Assembly (NCBI GenBank): GCA_964409985.1
Contig: CAYPEZ010000004.1
Span: forward strand, 1 to 33,493
Length of the DNA stretch: 33,493 nt
DNA from: an uncultured Candidatus Saccharibacteria bacterium
GTDB lineage: Bacteria; Patescibacteriota; Minisyncoccia; Phycocordibacterales; UBA6899
Reading direction: 5' to 3'
Shown: positions 1 to 8,020 of the stretch, one piece after another
Layout: each line of letters begins with the position of its first letter
Numbering within the stretch: the first letter of the stretch is position 1
The notes under the pieces: generated by a model
Told to the model about the DNA's origin: nothing
Databases searched by the model: none
The model's input: only the letters and a program-made list of their open reading frames with translations
Translations under genes and position numbers: made by a program

Positions 1-107
1 CCTTTGGGGTTGCGTAAAAAGGTTTCAAGACGCTTTTCTGGGTCAGTATATTGGGCAACACCCCTTTGAACTATTAGCTCTACATGATTATGCTCTTTTT
101 CGCTCAT
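1..107 (-). CDS. partial CDS (N-terminus only), possibly tyrosyl-tRNA synthetase
   Basis: A minus-strand ATG at 105-107 opens a frame that runs off the window: MSEKEHNHVELIVQRGVAQYTDPEKRLETFLRNPK. The ELIxxRGVxxxxD...L pattern resembles TyrRS N-termini, but only about 35 aa are visible. Confidence 0.3.
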   Translation of the reverse strand, partial: MSEKEHNHVELIVQRGVAQYTDPEKRLETFLRNPK

Positions 108-215
108 AGGCCGCATCGTACCACAAAAAACCACCTTTCGTCACAATGTGGAAGTAACGCAAATCTGTGTGCACCACATCTTCACACCACCATCCTCGTG
201 GTACGATTAATCATC

Positions 216-2723
216 ATGCGTCACAAAAAAAACCGACATATATTCACACGCATCATTTTGTGGGTGGTGGGGGTGGGCTTTACTCTCACTCTTTTTGGTG
301 TCGGAGCACTTCTGTTGTGGGCAAGCACCCTTGATCTTCCTGATTTTTCATTGTTTAACGAACGAAAGGTCGCTGAGTCAACAAAAATCTATGACCGGAA
401 TGGGGTGCTTCTATATGACGTATACAAAGATGTTCGTCGAACCATTATTCCATTTGACCAAATTTCTATTAACATCAAAAATGCCGCTGTCGCAATAGAG
501 GATGACACATTTTACGAACACCACGGTGTGCGTCCCCTGGCTTTTCTTCGAGCGCTTCTAGCGAATTTTCAGACTGGGCGTTTTGGTCAAGGAGGGTCAA
601 CAATCACACAACAGGTGATTAAAAACGCATTGCTTTCTCGCGAAAAAACAGTTTCTCGAAAAGTAAAAGAGTGGATCCTTGCGGTAAAACTTGAACAGTC
701 ACTTAGTAAAGAAGAGATTCTTGGTCTCTATCTTAATGAGTCTCCGTATGGTGGCACTATTTATGGTGTTGAAGAAACTTCTCTTGCGTTTTTTGGGAAA
801 CACGCCAAAGATGTCACCTTAGCAGAAGCGGCATATCTTGCGGCACTTCCACAAGCGCCGTCATACTATTCACCATACGGCCCACACAAAGATGCGTTGG
901 ATACACGGAAAAACCTTGTTCTTGAACGCATGCGTACCCTACACTTTATCACCTCAGAAGAATACGAACAGGCAAAAAATGAGCAGGTGCGTTTTGTCCC
1001 AATTGAAGACCGGAGTATTAAAGCTCCGCACTTTGTTATGTTTGTACGAGATGAACTCACAAAAAAATACGGTGAGGATATTCTCACTTCGGGGGGGTTG
1101 AGGGTGACAACAACACTGGATTACACCCTACAAGAAAAGGCGCAAGAGATTGTCACAACATACTTAACAGAAAACTCAGAGCGCTTTAATGCTGGAAACG
1201 GTGCGCTTGTCGCGACTGACCCAAAAACTGGGCAGATTCTTGTTATGGTTGGGAGTCGAGATTATTTTGACACCGACAATGAGGGAAATTTCAATATCGC
1301 AACAGCAAAGAGACAGCCTGGTTCTTCGTTCAAACCTTTTGTCTACGCAAAAGCGTTTGAGAAGGGGTATACACCCGAAACCGTGGTGTTTGATCTCCCA
1401 ACACAATTTAATGCGAATTGTGATGCGTTTGGGAAACCCCTCACACCCAGCACACCAGAAGATGCGTGTTATATGCCTGAAAACTATGACCACACTTTTC
1501 ATGGTCCCATGACCCTCCGAGATGCTCTGGCACAATCTGTAAACATTCCTGCCATTAAAACCTTGTATTTAACAGGAATTAAACCAGCAATAGAGTTTGC
1601 CACACGTATGGGCATAACAGGACTCACTGACCCAAATAGGTATGGTCTTACCCTTGTCTTGGGTGGTGGCGAGGTATCACTTCTTGATCTCACAAGTGCC
1701 TATGGGGTATTTGCAAACGACGGAAAACACAACCCCACCACCGCAATTCTGAAGATTGAGAACTCAAGCGGGGAGGTTCTTGAGGAATACCAACACCAAG
1801 AAGAGCAGGTTATTCCTGCCCAAGTGGCTCGCCAAATAAGCGACGTGCTTTCTGATGACACAGCGCGAGCGCCAGCGTTTGGATCAAACTCGTTTCTTGT
1901 TGTTCCAGGAAAAACAGTTGCCGTGAAAACAGGAACAACAAACGATTATCGTGATGTGTGGATTGTTGGATACACACCATCACTATCCGTTGGTGCATGG
2001 ATGGGAAACAACAATAATACGCCAATGCAAAAACGTGTTGCTGGGTTTATTGTTGCACCAATGTGGAATGAGTTTATGAAGGCGGCACTTGGATCAAAGG
2101 ATGATGAACCGTTTGAAAAACCAGAGCCAGCACCAAGTGATATTAAGCCTGTTCTTCGGGGGATTTGGCTTGGGGGACAAACTTTCTACATCGATACCAT
2201 CTCTCAAAAACTCGCAACACCAGACACTCCTGATGAGTTTCGTGAAGAAAAAGTTATTCCAAACATTCACGATATTCTCCATTGGGTGAACAAGGATGAC
2301 CCCCGTGGTCCAATCCCCACACACCCAGAAAACGACCCTCAATACAGTCTTTGGGAGACACCAGTGTCCCTTTGGGCACAAAACCAAACAGCGACAGTCA
2401 CACTCCCGACTGCCTATGATGACGTTCACAGAGAGGAATTTTTCCCAAAAATAACCATTCAATCCCCAACAGCATCTAGTAGTATTTCCTTGAATGAAAA
2501 AGTTTTTGTTATTTCACAAATCACCTCAACATACCCTATTCGATCTCTTGATGTCACCCTTGGTGGGAAATATCTTGGTACTTCTCAAAAATTCCCTTAT
2601 CTTTTCTCGTTTATTCCTGGTGATTCAGGGGTATTAGTTGGAACAACAACGCTAGAGGTTCTTGCCACAGATTCAGTTGGAAACAAGAAAGGTATCTCAA
2701 TTCCACTTTTTGTTACACCATAA
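216..2723 (+). CDS. class A penicillin-binding protein (bifunctional glycosyltransferase/transpeptidase) with a C-terminal extension
   Basis: The ORF spans 84..2723, and the likely start is the ATG at 216 (MRHKKNRHIF) just before a TM anchor (IILWVVGVGFTLTLFGVGALLLW). GT51 motifs are EDDTFYEHHGV and GGSTITQQ. Transpeptidase motifs are SSFKP (SxxK), SVN (SxN) and KTGTT (KTG). Confidence 0.9.
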   Translation: MRHKKNRHIFTRIILWVVGVGFTLTLFGVGALLLWASTLDLPDFSLFNERKVAESTKIYDRNGVLLYDVYKDVRRTIIPFDQISINIKNAAVAIEDDTFYEHHGVRPLAFLRALLANFQTGRFGQGGSTITQQVIKNALLSREKTVSRKVKEWILAVKLEQSLSKEEILGLYLNESPYGGTIYGVEETSLAFFGKHAKDVTLAEAAYLAALPQAPSYYSPYGPHKDALDTRKNLVLERMRTLHFITSEEYEQAKNEQVRFVPIEDRSIKAPHFVMFVRDELTKKYGEDILTSGGLRVTTTLDYTLQEKAQEIVTTYLTENSERFNAGNGALVATDPKTGQILVMVGSRDYFDTDNEGNFNIATAKRQPGSSFKPFVYAKAFEKGYTPETVVFDLPTQFNANCDAFGKPLTPSTPEDACYMPENYDHTFHGPMTLRDALAQSVNIPAIKTLYLTGIKPAIEFATRMGITGLTDPNRYGLTLVLGGGEVSLLDLTSAYGVFANDGKHNPTTAILKIENSSGEVLEEYQHQEEQVIPAQVARQISDVLSDDTARAPAFGSNSFLVVPGKTVAVKTGTTNDYRDVWIVGYTPSLSVGAWMGNNNNTPMQKRVAGFIVAPMWNEFMKAALGSKDDEPFEKPEPAPSDIKPVLRGIWLGGQTFYIDTISQKLATPDTPDEFREEKVIPNIHDILHWVNKDDPRGPIPTHPENDPQYSLWETPVSLWAQNQTATVTLPTAYDDVHREEFFPKITIQSPTASSSISLNEKVFVISQITSTYPIRSLDVTLGGKYLGTSQKFPYLFSFIPGDSGVLVGTTTLEVLATDSVGNKKGISIPLFVTP

Positions 2724-2727
2724 AGAA

Positions 2728-2985
2728 CTACTGGATGCGAGTAATATATTGAAGTTCTTTTGTTTGAGCAAAGCGCTCAAGAATTTGGTGTTGGAAAAGA
2801 AAAATTTGGTGTTTTAATGATTGATCCCCAGAGATAAAACAGGTGTCTTTTTGAACACGAACAATATCTGGTGACACTGTGGTATGAAGAATATCTGAAC
2901 AAATCCCTGCGGCAAGAATTTTTTTTTGCTCAAAACGAAGGTGATTCGAAAGAAATCGCGAAAAAAAACCAGATATGTGCTCCAT
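2728..2985 (-). CDS. small DUF721-like protein downstream of dnaN
   Basis: An 85-aa ORF begins 16 nt after the dnaN stop. The segment ILHTTVSPDIVRVQKDTCFISGDQSLKHQIFLFQHQILERF follows the DUF721 pattern (HT.P..i..g.L.v.v.s......l......il..l), and this is the usual genomic position of DUF721 genes. Confidence 0.45.
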   Translation of the reverse strand: MEHISGFFSRFLSNHLRFEQKKILAAGICSDILHTTVSPDIVRVQKDTCFISGDQSLKHQIFLFQHQILERFAQTKELQYITRIQ

Positions 2986-3000
2986 GAAATACGTGGTTGT

Positions 3001-4107
3001 TTACTCCGTCGCACGCATATACTTCACAATATAGGAGAATTTTGTGTCAGGGATTGGTTTAATCAGTATTGTTTTTGATTTCTCATCAAACAAAAGTTCA
3101 ATGCTGTCAGAGGAAAGAGCCCCTAAGACATCCATAATATATCGATAATTAAAACCCATTTCTACGCTTTCACCTTTTATTGTCGCATCAACACGTGTCA
3201 CAGACTCACCAACATCCTCTCTTTTTGCTTCAACCTCAAATAACTTTTCTTCTGGATACACCTTAAACAACACCTGTTGTTGTTTTCCTGAGAATAAGCC
3301 TGTAAGCCGCATAGTTCGCAATAAATCCGCTGAGAGTATGGTGACTTCGCTGGTTTTTTGTTTTGGAAAAATCTGTCGATAATCAGGAAAAGTTCCATCA
3401 ACAAGCCTTGAAGTAATATAAACTCCATCCCCTGTGATTGAGACTTGTGTTTTAGAAACAAGAATAGTGATCTCCTCTTTTCTCCCCTCAAGCAAAGTAA
3501 GGATTTGTGTAGCGTTTTTAAAAGGAATAAGAAATGGTTGAATGTTCGGGTCTGATTTTAATACAATGCGTTTTTCAGCTAAACGCGACATGTCCGTTGC
3601 CACAAAAACAAGTTCTTTTCCCTGAGAATAACAATACACACTATTAAATTCAGGTTTTACATCAGAGTGAGATGCGCTAAAAATTACACTACGAATCCCT
3701 TCAATAAATTTCACTGAATCAACTGTAAATGGTGTTCCTTTTTCAATAACCGGGATAGTGGGAAAATCTTCATATGAATACCCTTTCATCATTGTGACAG
3801 ATTTACTACTGGACACACTCATGTTTCCGTTTACAAGTTCAAGTGTGATGTTTTTTTCTTCAGGAAGATTCCCTAAATACCCACCAAGAAGTTCACCTGG
3901 AATAGCGACAACGCCTTCTGTGTGGATTTTTGCTGGAATAGTAAATTCAACACCAAGATCAAGGTTTGTTGCGCGAAGTTTAACTGTATTCTCTGTTGCA
4001 ACCAAAAGAACCATACGAAGAACTGGAAGGGATAGGAGTTTTCCTGTGACACGCTCGGCTGCAACAACAGCATCTTTGAGTTTTTGTTTTCCACATTCTA
4101 TTTTCAT
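3001..4107 (-). CDS. dnaN: DNA polymerase III beta sliding clamp
   Basis: The 368-aa product starts MKIECGKQKLKDAVVAAERVTGK..LPVLRMVLLVATENTVKLRATNLDLGVEF, a typical beta-clamp N-terminus. The length is right and the gene lies directly downstream of dnaA. Confidence 0.93.
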   Translation of the reverse strand: MKIECGKQKLKDAVVAAERVTGKLLSLPVLRMVLLVATENTVKLRATNLDLGVEFTIPAKIHTEGVVAIPGELLGGYLGNLPEEKNITLELVNGNMSVSSSKSVTMMKGYSYEDFPTIPVIEKGTPFTVDSVKFIEGIRSVIFSASHSDVKPEFNSVYCYSQGKELVFVATDMSRLAEKRIVLKSDPNIQPFLIPFKNATQILTLLEGRKEEITILVSKTQVSITGDGVYITSRLVDGTFPDYRQIFPKQKTSEVTILSADLLRTMRLTGLFSGKQQQVLFKVYPEEKLFEVEAKREDVGESVTRVDATIKGESVEMGFNYRYIMDVLGALSSDSIELLFDEKSKTILIKPIPDTKFSYIVKYMRATE

Positions 4108-4363
4108 ATCGTAGGTTTTTTCTAATACATACTAGTTAATGGTGTGGATATCTGGAAAAACCAATACACCCTTATTTATAACTATATCTTCTTTGTTTAA
4201 GAAAAGATAGTCTTGTGGTTATGGTGTGTATAAGTTGTAAAAACACACAAAAACCAAAAATAATGTGGAAAGACAGAGTATTTACAAAGATGTTATATAC
4301 AGGTTTTTGTATAGGTTATTCTTTATCTATCCACATAGTAATACACTAAGTTTTTCACAGTCT
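4108..4363. promoter_or_regulatory. AT-rich dnaA-dnaN intergenic region with DnaA-box-like 9-mers (candidate oriC module plus dnaN promoter)
   Basis: The boxes are TGTGGATAT at 4143-4151, TGTGGTTAT at 4214-4222, TGTGGAAAG at 4264-4272 and CTATCCACA at 4327-4335 in the opposite orientation. The consensus is TTATCCACA / TGTGGATAA. The surrounding sequence is AT-rich. Confidence 0.55.
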
Positions 4364-4397
4364 AAAAAACACACCGTATTTCGGTGTGTTTTTTTTT
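4364..4397 (-). terminator. rho-independent terminator of dnaA (bidirectional hairpin)
   Basis: The stem AACACACCG (4368-4376) pairs with CGGTGTGTT (4382-4390) around the loop TATTT. It is flanked by an A-run and a T-run and begins immediately after the dnaA TAA stop. Confidence 0.75.
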
Positions 4398-5754
4398 AGA
4401 ACAATGCTCGAATTTGTTCTATTTCCTGAGCGAGAATTGAATCAAGTTTAATATCACGTTTGATTTTTTCACAAGAGTGAATGACTGTTGTGTGGTCTCT
4501 CCCCCCGAGTTTTTGCCCAATTAAAGGAAATGAAATATTAAAGTCTTCACGGAGGAGAAACATGAGTACTTGTCTTGGTTTTACAACCTCCTTTCTTCGT
4601 GTTTTTTCAAAAATAAAGCGTTCCTCAATGTTGTAAAAATCGGTTACGGTCTTCACAATATCTTTTATTGATACAGGTTTTGTTGGTTTGGTGTTGTTTT
4701 TGATAAGTTGTTTAACTTCCGCTAGTGATAGTGGTTTGTTTTTGAGTTGAATTTGGCACACAACCAAATTAAAGGTTCCCTCAAGCTCACGAATACTTGA
4801 TTGAATGGTGAAAGCAATAAACTCGACAATTTCGTCTGGTACATGAACACTCAAGGACTCCATTTTATGCTTTAAAATAGCCATTCGAGACTCGTATTCT
4901 GGAGGAGTAATCTCAACAATCATCCCCGCCCCAAAACGTGATCGAAGACGGTCTTCAAGGTTGTTGATATACATGGGGTGGCGATCAGAAGAGAAGACAA
5001 TCTGTTTATTGTTGTCGTAAAGAGTGTTGAAGAGGTGGAAAAGCTCTTCCTGGGTCTTTTCTTTTCCTGAAAGGAATTGAATATCATCCATAATGAACAC
5101 GTCATACTTTCGATATTTTTCCTTGAAGTCGTGAACCTTATTGTTTTGAAGTGCGTTTACGTAGTCTGTCGCAAATTTTTCTGACGTAATGTATTGAATC
5201 CGCCGAGATGGGTTTTGTTTTTTAAGCTCGTTTCCGATTGATTGAATGAGGTGTGTTTTTCCATACCCTACCCCACCATAAATAAATAATGGATTGTACA
5301 TAATACCCGGCTTCTTGATGACTGCTTGTGCCGCTGCGTGAGCAAGCTCATTGAATGGCCCGATCACAAAAGTATCGAACGTATATCGAGGGTTCAGGTT
5401 GTCTTCCTTGCTGACATAGTATTCATGAAGAGGAAGCTCGTTGGTGTATGGAAGCGGAAAATCCTTTCGGATAATCATGGTATCGCGGTGAGGCTCGTCT
5501 TTTGCAACAATATACTCAATACCACGAATATCGTCAGCGAGGTTTCGGAGAGTTTTCAAAATTGTTGAGTGATACTTGTTTGCTAGCCACTCTTTTACAA
5601 ACTCATTTTGAACTCCAAGCTCAATTGTTCCTGCGTCAAAGCGTACAATACGTGTGTTTCGAAACCAAGTACTAAAGTTTGCCTTCGAGACTAATAGCTC
5701 GATCTCTGCGAGAGCTTTGTCCCAAATTTCTTTCGTATCAGTCACTGAACTCAT
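4396..5754 (-). CDS. dnaA: chromosomal replication initiator protein DnaA
   Basis: The 452-aa product has Walker A GGVGYGKTHL, Walker B FIMDDIQFL, and the C-terminal DNA-binding helix motif IGQKLGGRDHTTVIHSCEKI. Confidence 0.96.
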   Translation of the reverse strand: MSSVTDTKEIWDKALAEIELLVSKANFSTWFRNTRIVRFDAGTIELGVQNEFVKEWLANKYHSTILKTLRNLADDIRGIEYIVAKDEPHRDTMIIRKDFPLPYTNELPLHEYYVSKEDNLNPRYTFDTFVIGPFNELAHAAAQAVIKKPGIMYNPLFIYGGVGYGKTHLIQSIGNELKKQNPSRRIQYITSEKFATDYVNALQNNKVHDFKEKYRKYDVFIMDDIQFLSGKEKTQEELFHLFNTLYDNNKQIVFSSDRHPMYINNLEDRLRSRFGAGMIVEITPPEYESRMAILKHKMESLSVHVPDEIVEFIAFTIQSSIRELEGTFNLVVCQIQLKNKPLSLAEVKQLIKNNTKPTKPVSIKDIVKTVTDFYNIEERFIFEKTRRKEVVKPRQVLMFLLREDFNISFPLIGQKLGGRDHTTVIHSCEKIKRDIKLDSILAQEIEQIRALF

Positions 5755-5848
5755 GGTGTGCAGGTGTGTAGATGAATAATCATCAAAACGTATTGCCCAT
5801 TATATCCGCGAACGAAAAACTTCCAAGAAAAGCGAACTGTGAACTTTC

Positions 5849-5868
5849 TGTGGATATCTTGTGGAAAG
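5849..5868. promoter_or_regulatory. pair of DnaA-box-like 9-mers between dnaA and rpmH
   Basis: TGTGGATAT lies at 5849-5857 and TGTGGAAAG at 5860-5868. The 11-mer TGTGGATATCT is identical to the one at 4143-4153. Confidence 0.5.
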
Positions 5869-5899
5869 AGTTTTACAGGATTTTTTTTGTACTGACAAG

Positions 5900-5927
5900 T
5901 TGAATTTTTTTTTGTACGTGGTATAAA
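5900..5927 (+). promoter_or_regulatory. candidate sigma70-type promoter of rpmH
   Basis: TTGAAT (5900-5905), a 16-nt T-rich spacer, then TATAAA (5922-5927). The rpmH ATG follows only 6 nt after the -10 box. Confidence 0.4.
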
Positions 5928-5933
5928 CAGGAC

Positions 5934-6074
5934 ATGTCACAAACATATCAGCCCAAAAAACGAAAGCGAGTGAAGACACACGGGTTTCGTGCAAGGACAA
6001 AGACACGCACAGGAAAGAATTTGCTCCGCCGCCGTCGCGCGAAGGGGAGAAAGAAACTCACTGTTGGGAAATAG
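5934..6074 (+). CDS. rpmH: 50S ribosomal protein L34
   Basis: This ORF is absent from the ORF track because it is under 60 aa. My own translation is [46 protein letters not shown] followed by TAG, a canonical L34 sequence in the canonical position upstream of rnpA. Confidence 0.93.
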   Translation: MSQTYQPKKRKRVKTHGFRARTKTRTGKNLLRRRRAKGRKKLTVGK

Positions 6075-6096
6075 TCCCCTCTCGTGTCTCTCTCGT

Positions 6097-6435
6097 ATGG
6101 TTAAAAGAGAAACACTTAAACAACGACTCTCGTTATTACTGAGAAAACACCCTCAAAAGGTGTTTTCTTCGTTGTATGCCACTATTCGAGTGTGGGAGGG
6201 GCTTCCCCACCAAAAAAAATCCATCGTCATGGTGCTGATATCAAAAAAAACAGCCTCGCGTGCTGTTCAGCGCAACCTTCTAAGGCGAAGATATAGGGAA
6301 ATATTAAGAAAAACCTTCCCCGTCGCACCCAAGAACCTCATTATTCAGTGCCAAATAAAAAAACAAGCAGTGAATGCACCATTTCAATCTCTTAAAAAAG
6401 ACGTCCAAGATCTTGTTTCAGCGCATGGGTTATGA
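6097..6435 (+). CDS. rnpA: ribonuclease P protein component
   Basis: Track ORF 5989..6435 is trimmed to the ATG at 6097 (MVKRETLK) so it does not overlap rpmH. It carries the motif SKKTASRAVQRNLLRRRYREIL, matching the RNR motif family. Its stop overlaps the yidD start as ATGA. Confidence 0.85.
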   Translation: MVKRETLKQRLSLLLRKHPQKVFSSLYATIRVWEGLPHQKKSIVMVLISKKTASRAVQRNLLRRRYREILRKTFPVAPKNLIIQCQIKKQAVNAPFQSLKKDVQDLVSAHGL

Positions 6436-6677
6436 AAAATACCCTTATTTTCATTATCTCTTTTTATCAGCGGTACCTATCGCTTGATCAGGGGTTCATT
6501 CGAAAATACATACGAGGTGGTGGGCCTGTGGTGTGTCGATATTATCCAACATGCTCTTCGTATACCAAAGAGGCAATTCAAAAATACGGTTCTTGGAACG
6601 GATGTATCATGGGGATACGGAGAATACTCCGGTGTCACCCATGGAGCACATACCCACACCACGACCCCGTGCCATAA
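6432..6677 (+). CDS. yidD: membrane protein insertion efficiency factor YidD
   Basis: The 81-aa product carries YQRYLS...CRYYPTCSSYTKEAIQKYG, the YidD signature, and lies between rnpA and yidC. Confidence 0.9.
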   Translation: MKNTLIFIISFYQRYLSLDQGFIRKYIRGGGPVVCRYYPTCSSYTKEAIQKYGSWNGCIMGIRRILRCHPWSTYPHHDPVP

Positions 6678-6778
6678 TTGTGGTCTGGTGATTATTGGTG
6701 GGATGATTTTTGTGTGGTTTTCATGCTTTGGCCTGATGGGATAGTGACTGATTGCATTCTATGCTATAGAATTGCCGC

Positions 6779-7528
6779 ATGTTAGCTTCCCTCTGGAACG
6801 TGGTGGTGTACGAGCCATTTTATAACGGGCTTATTTTTTTAAGCTCATTAATTCCAGCGCACGATGTTGGGATAGCTATCATTCTCCTAACAATCATAGT
6901 AAAGGTGGCACTCTACCCTCTTGCTCGGAAGGCTGTGGCCTCTCAACTAGAAATGAAGGCTATCGAGGGAGAACTCAACGCCCTGAAAGAAAAATATGGC
7001 ACCGATAGAGCAAAACTTGCCCAAGAAACAATGGCGCTATACAAAAAACATGGGGTTAATCCTGCGTCCGGCTGTCTTCCAATGTTGATCCAAATCCCCT
7101 TTATTATTGGTCTTTACACGGTGTTTTTGAAGGGGATTATGATTGACCCTACACATCTCTATTCGTTTGTTCCTCAACCAGAAAAACTCAACACTGTTTT
7201 TTTGGGGCTGGTCGAGCTTTCTGAAAAAAAGCACCTCCTGTTTGCTTTTCTTGCTGGAGCTAGCCAGTTTGTCCAAGCACATATATCTGCAAAAAACATG
7301 CAATCCCCTACTGGGCCTGCTAAAACAACACAGGAGGAGTTTGCACAAGCCATGCAAACACAAATGAAATATGTGTTTCCAGCAATGATTACTGTTATTT
7401 CATACCAGTTTTCTGTGGCAGTTGCGCTTTATTGGGTGGTGAGTAATATAGTCAGTATTGTTCAAGATGTGTGGACAAGACGATCTCTTTTGTCTAAAAC
7501 ACAAGCAACAACAGTCGCTCCGCACTAG
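6779..7528 (+). CDS. yidC: membrane protein insertase YidC (short form)
   Basis: The 249-aa polytopic protein has the motif KHGVNPASGCLPMLIQIPFIIGLY typical of YidC/Oxa1, with synteny to rnpA-yidD and jag. Confidence 0.9.
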   Translation: MLASLWNVVVYEPFYNGLIFLSSLIPAHDVGIAIILLTIIVKVALYPLARKAVASQLEMKAIEGELNALKEKYGTDRAKLAQETMALYKKHGVNPASGCLPMLIQIPFIIGLYTVFLKGIMIDPTHLYSFVPQPEKLNTVFLGLVELSEKKHLLFAFLAGASQFVQAHISAKNMQSPTGPAKTTQEEFAQAMQTQMKYVFPAMITVISYQFSVAVALYWVVSNIVSIVQDVWTRRSLLSKTQATTVAPH

Positions 7529-7533
7529 AATCT

Positions 7534-8016
7534 ATGTCTACATCGGTTACACAAATAGAAGAAATCATTCGCACCATCCTTACAAATTTAGGAGTTCAAA
7601 TCGAGAGTCTTACTCAGGATGTTGATGAAAAAATGAAAACAACGCGATTCCACATCACGTCCCCAGATTCCCGTTTGTTGATTGGCGAGCGAGGAGACCG
7701 CCTCCACGCACTCAACTATCTTGTAAAGAAGATACTTGAGAAAAAAGATGGTACAGAAACCCCAAACATCATGATTGATGTAAACAACTACCAAGCAAAG
7801 CACATCGAGGAACTCCGAGTGAAGGCAGGGATGCTCGCAGAGCGGGCGCGATATTTTAGAACCTCAATGCCTATGGAGCCCATGAGTGCATACGACAGAC
7901 TTATTGTTCATGCAGAATTTACTGATGTTCCTGATATTCGGACCGAGTCTTCTGGAGTGGGAAAAGATCGACACGTGGTCCTCTTTTTTGACGAAAAGAA
8001 AAAAGCTGGAATCTAG
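7534..8016 (+). CDS. jag: Jag/KhpB-type RNA-binding protein (KH + R3H domains)
   Basis: The 160-aa gene lies directly after yidC. It has a KH-like segment (LIGERGDRLHALNYLV) and a C-terminal R3H-like segment (MEPMSAYDRLIVHAEF). Confidence 0.8.
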   Translation: MSTSVTQIEEIIRTILTNLGVQIESLTQDVDEKMKTTRFHITSPDSRLLIGERGDRLHALNYLVKKILEKKDGTETPNIMIDVNNYQAKHIEELRVKAGMLAERARYFRTSMPMEPMSAYDRLIVHAEFTDVPDIRTESSGVGKDRHVVLFFDEKKKAGI

Positions 8017-8020
8017 CCCC

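Noticed and set aside
5989-6096. An N-terminal extension of the rnpA ORF that overlaps rpmH.
   Set aside because: The extension overlaps the canonical L34 reading frame and encodes an Arg/Ser-rich sequence. The ATG at 6097 gives a normal-length RNase P protein.
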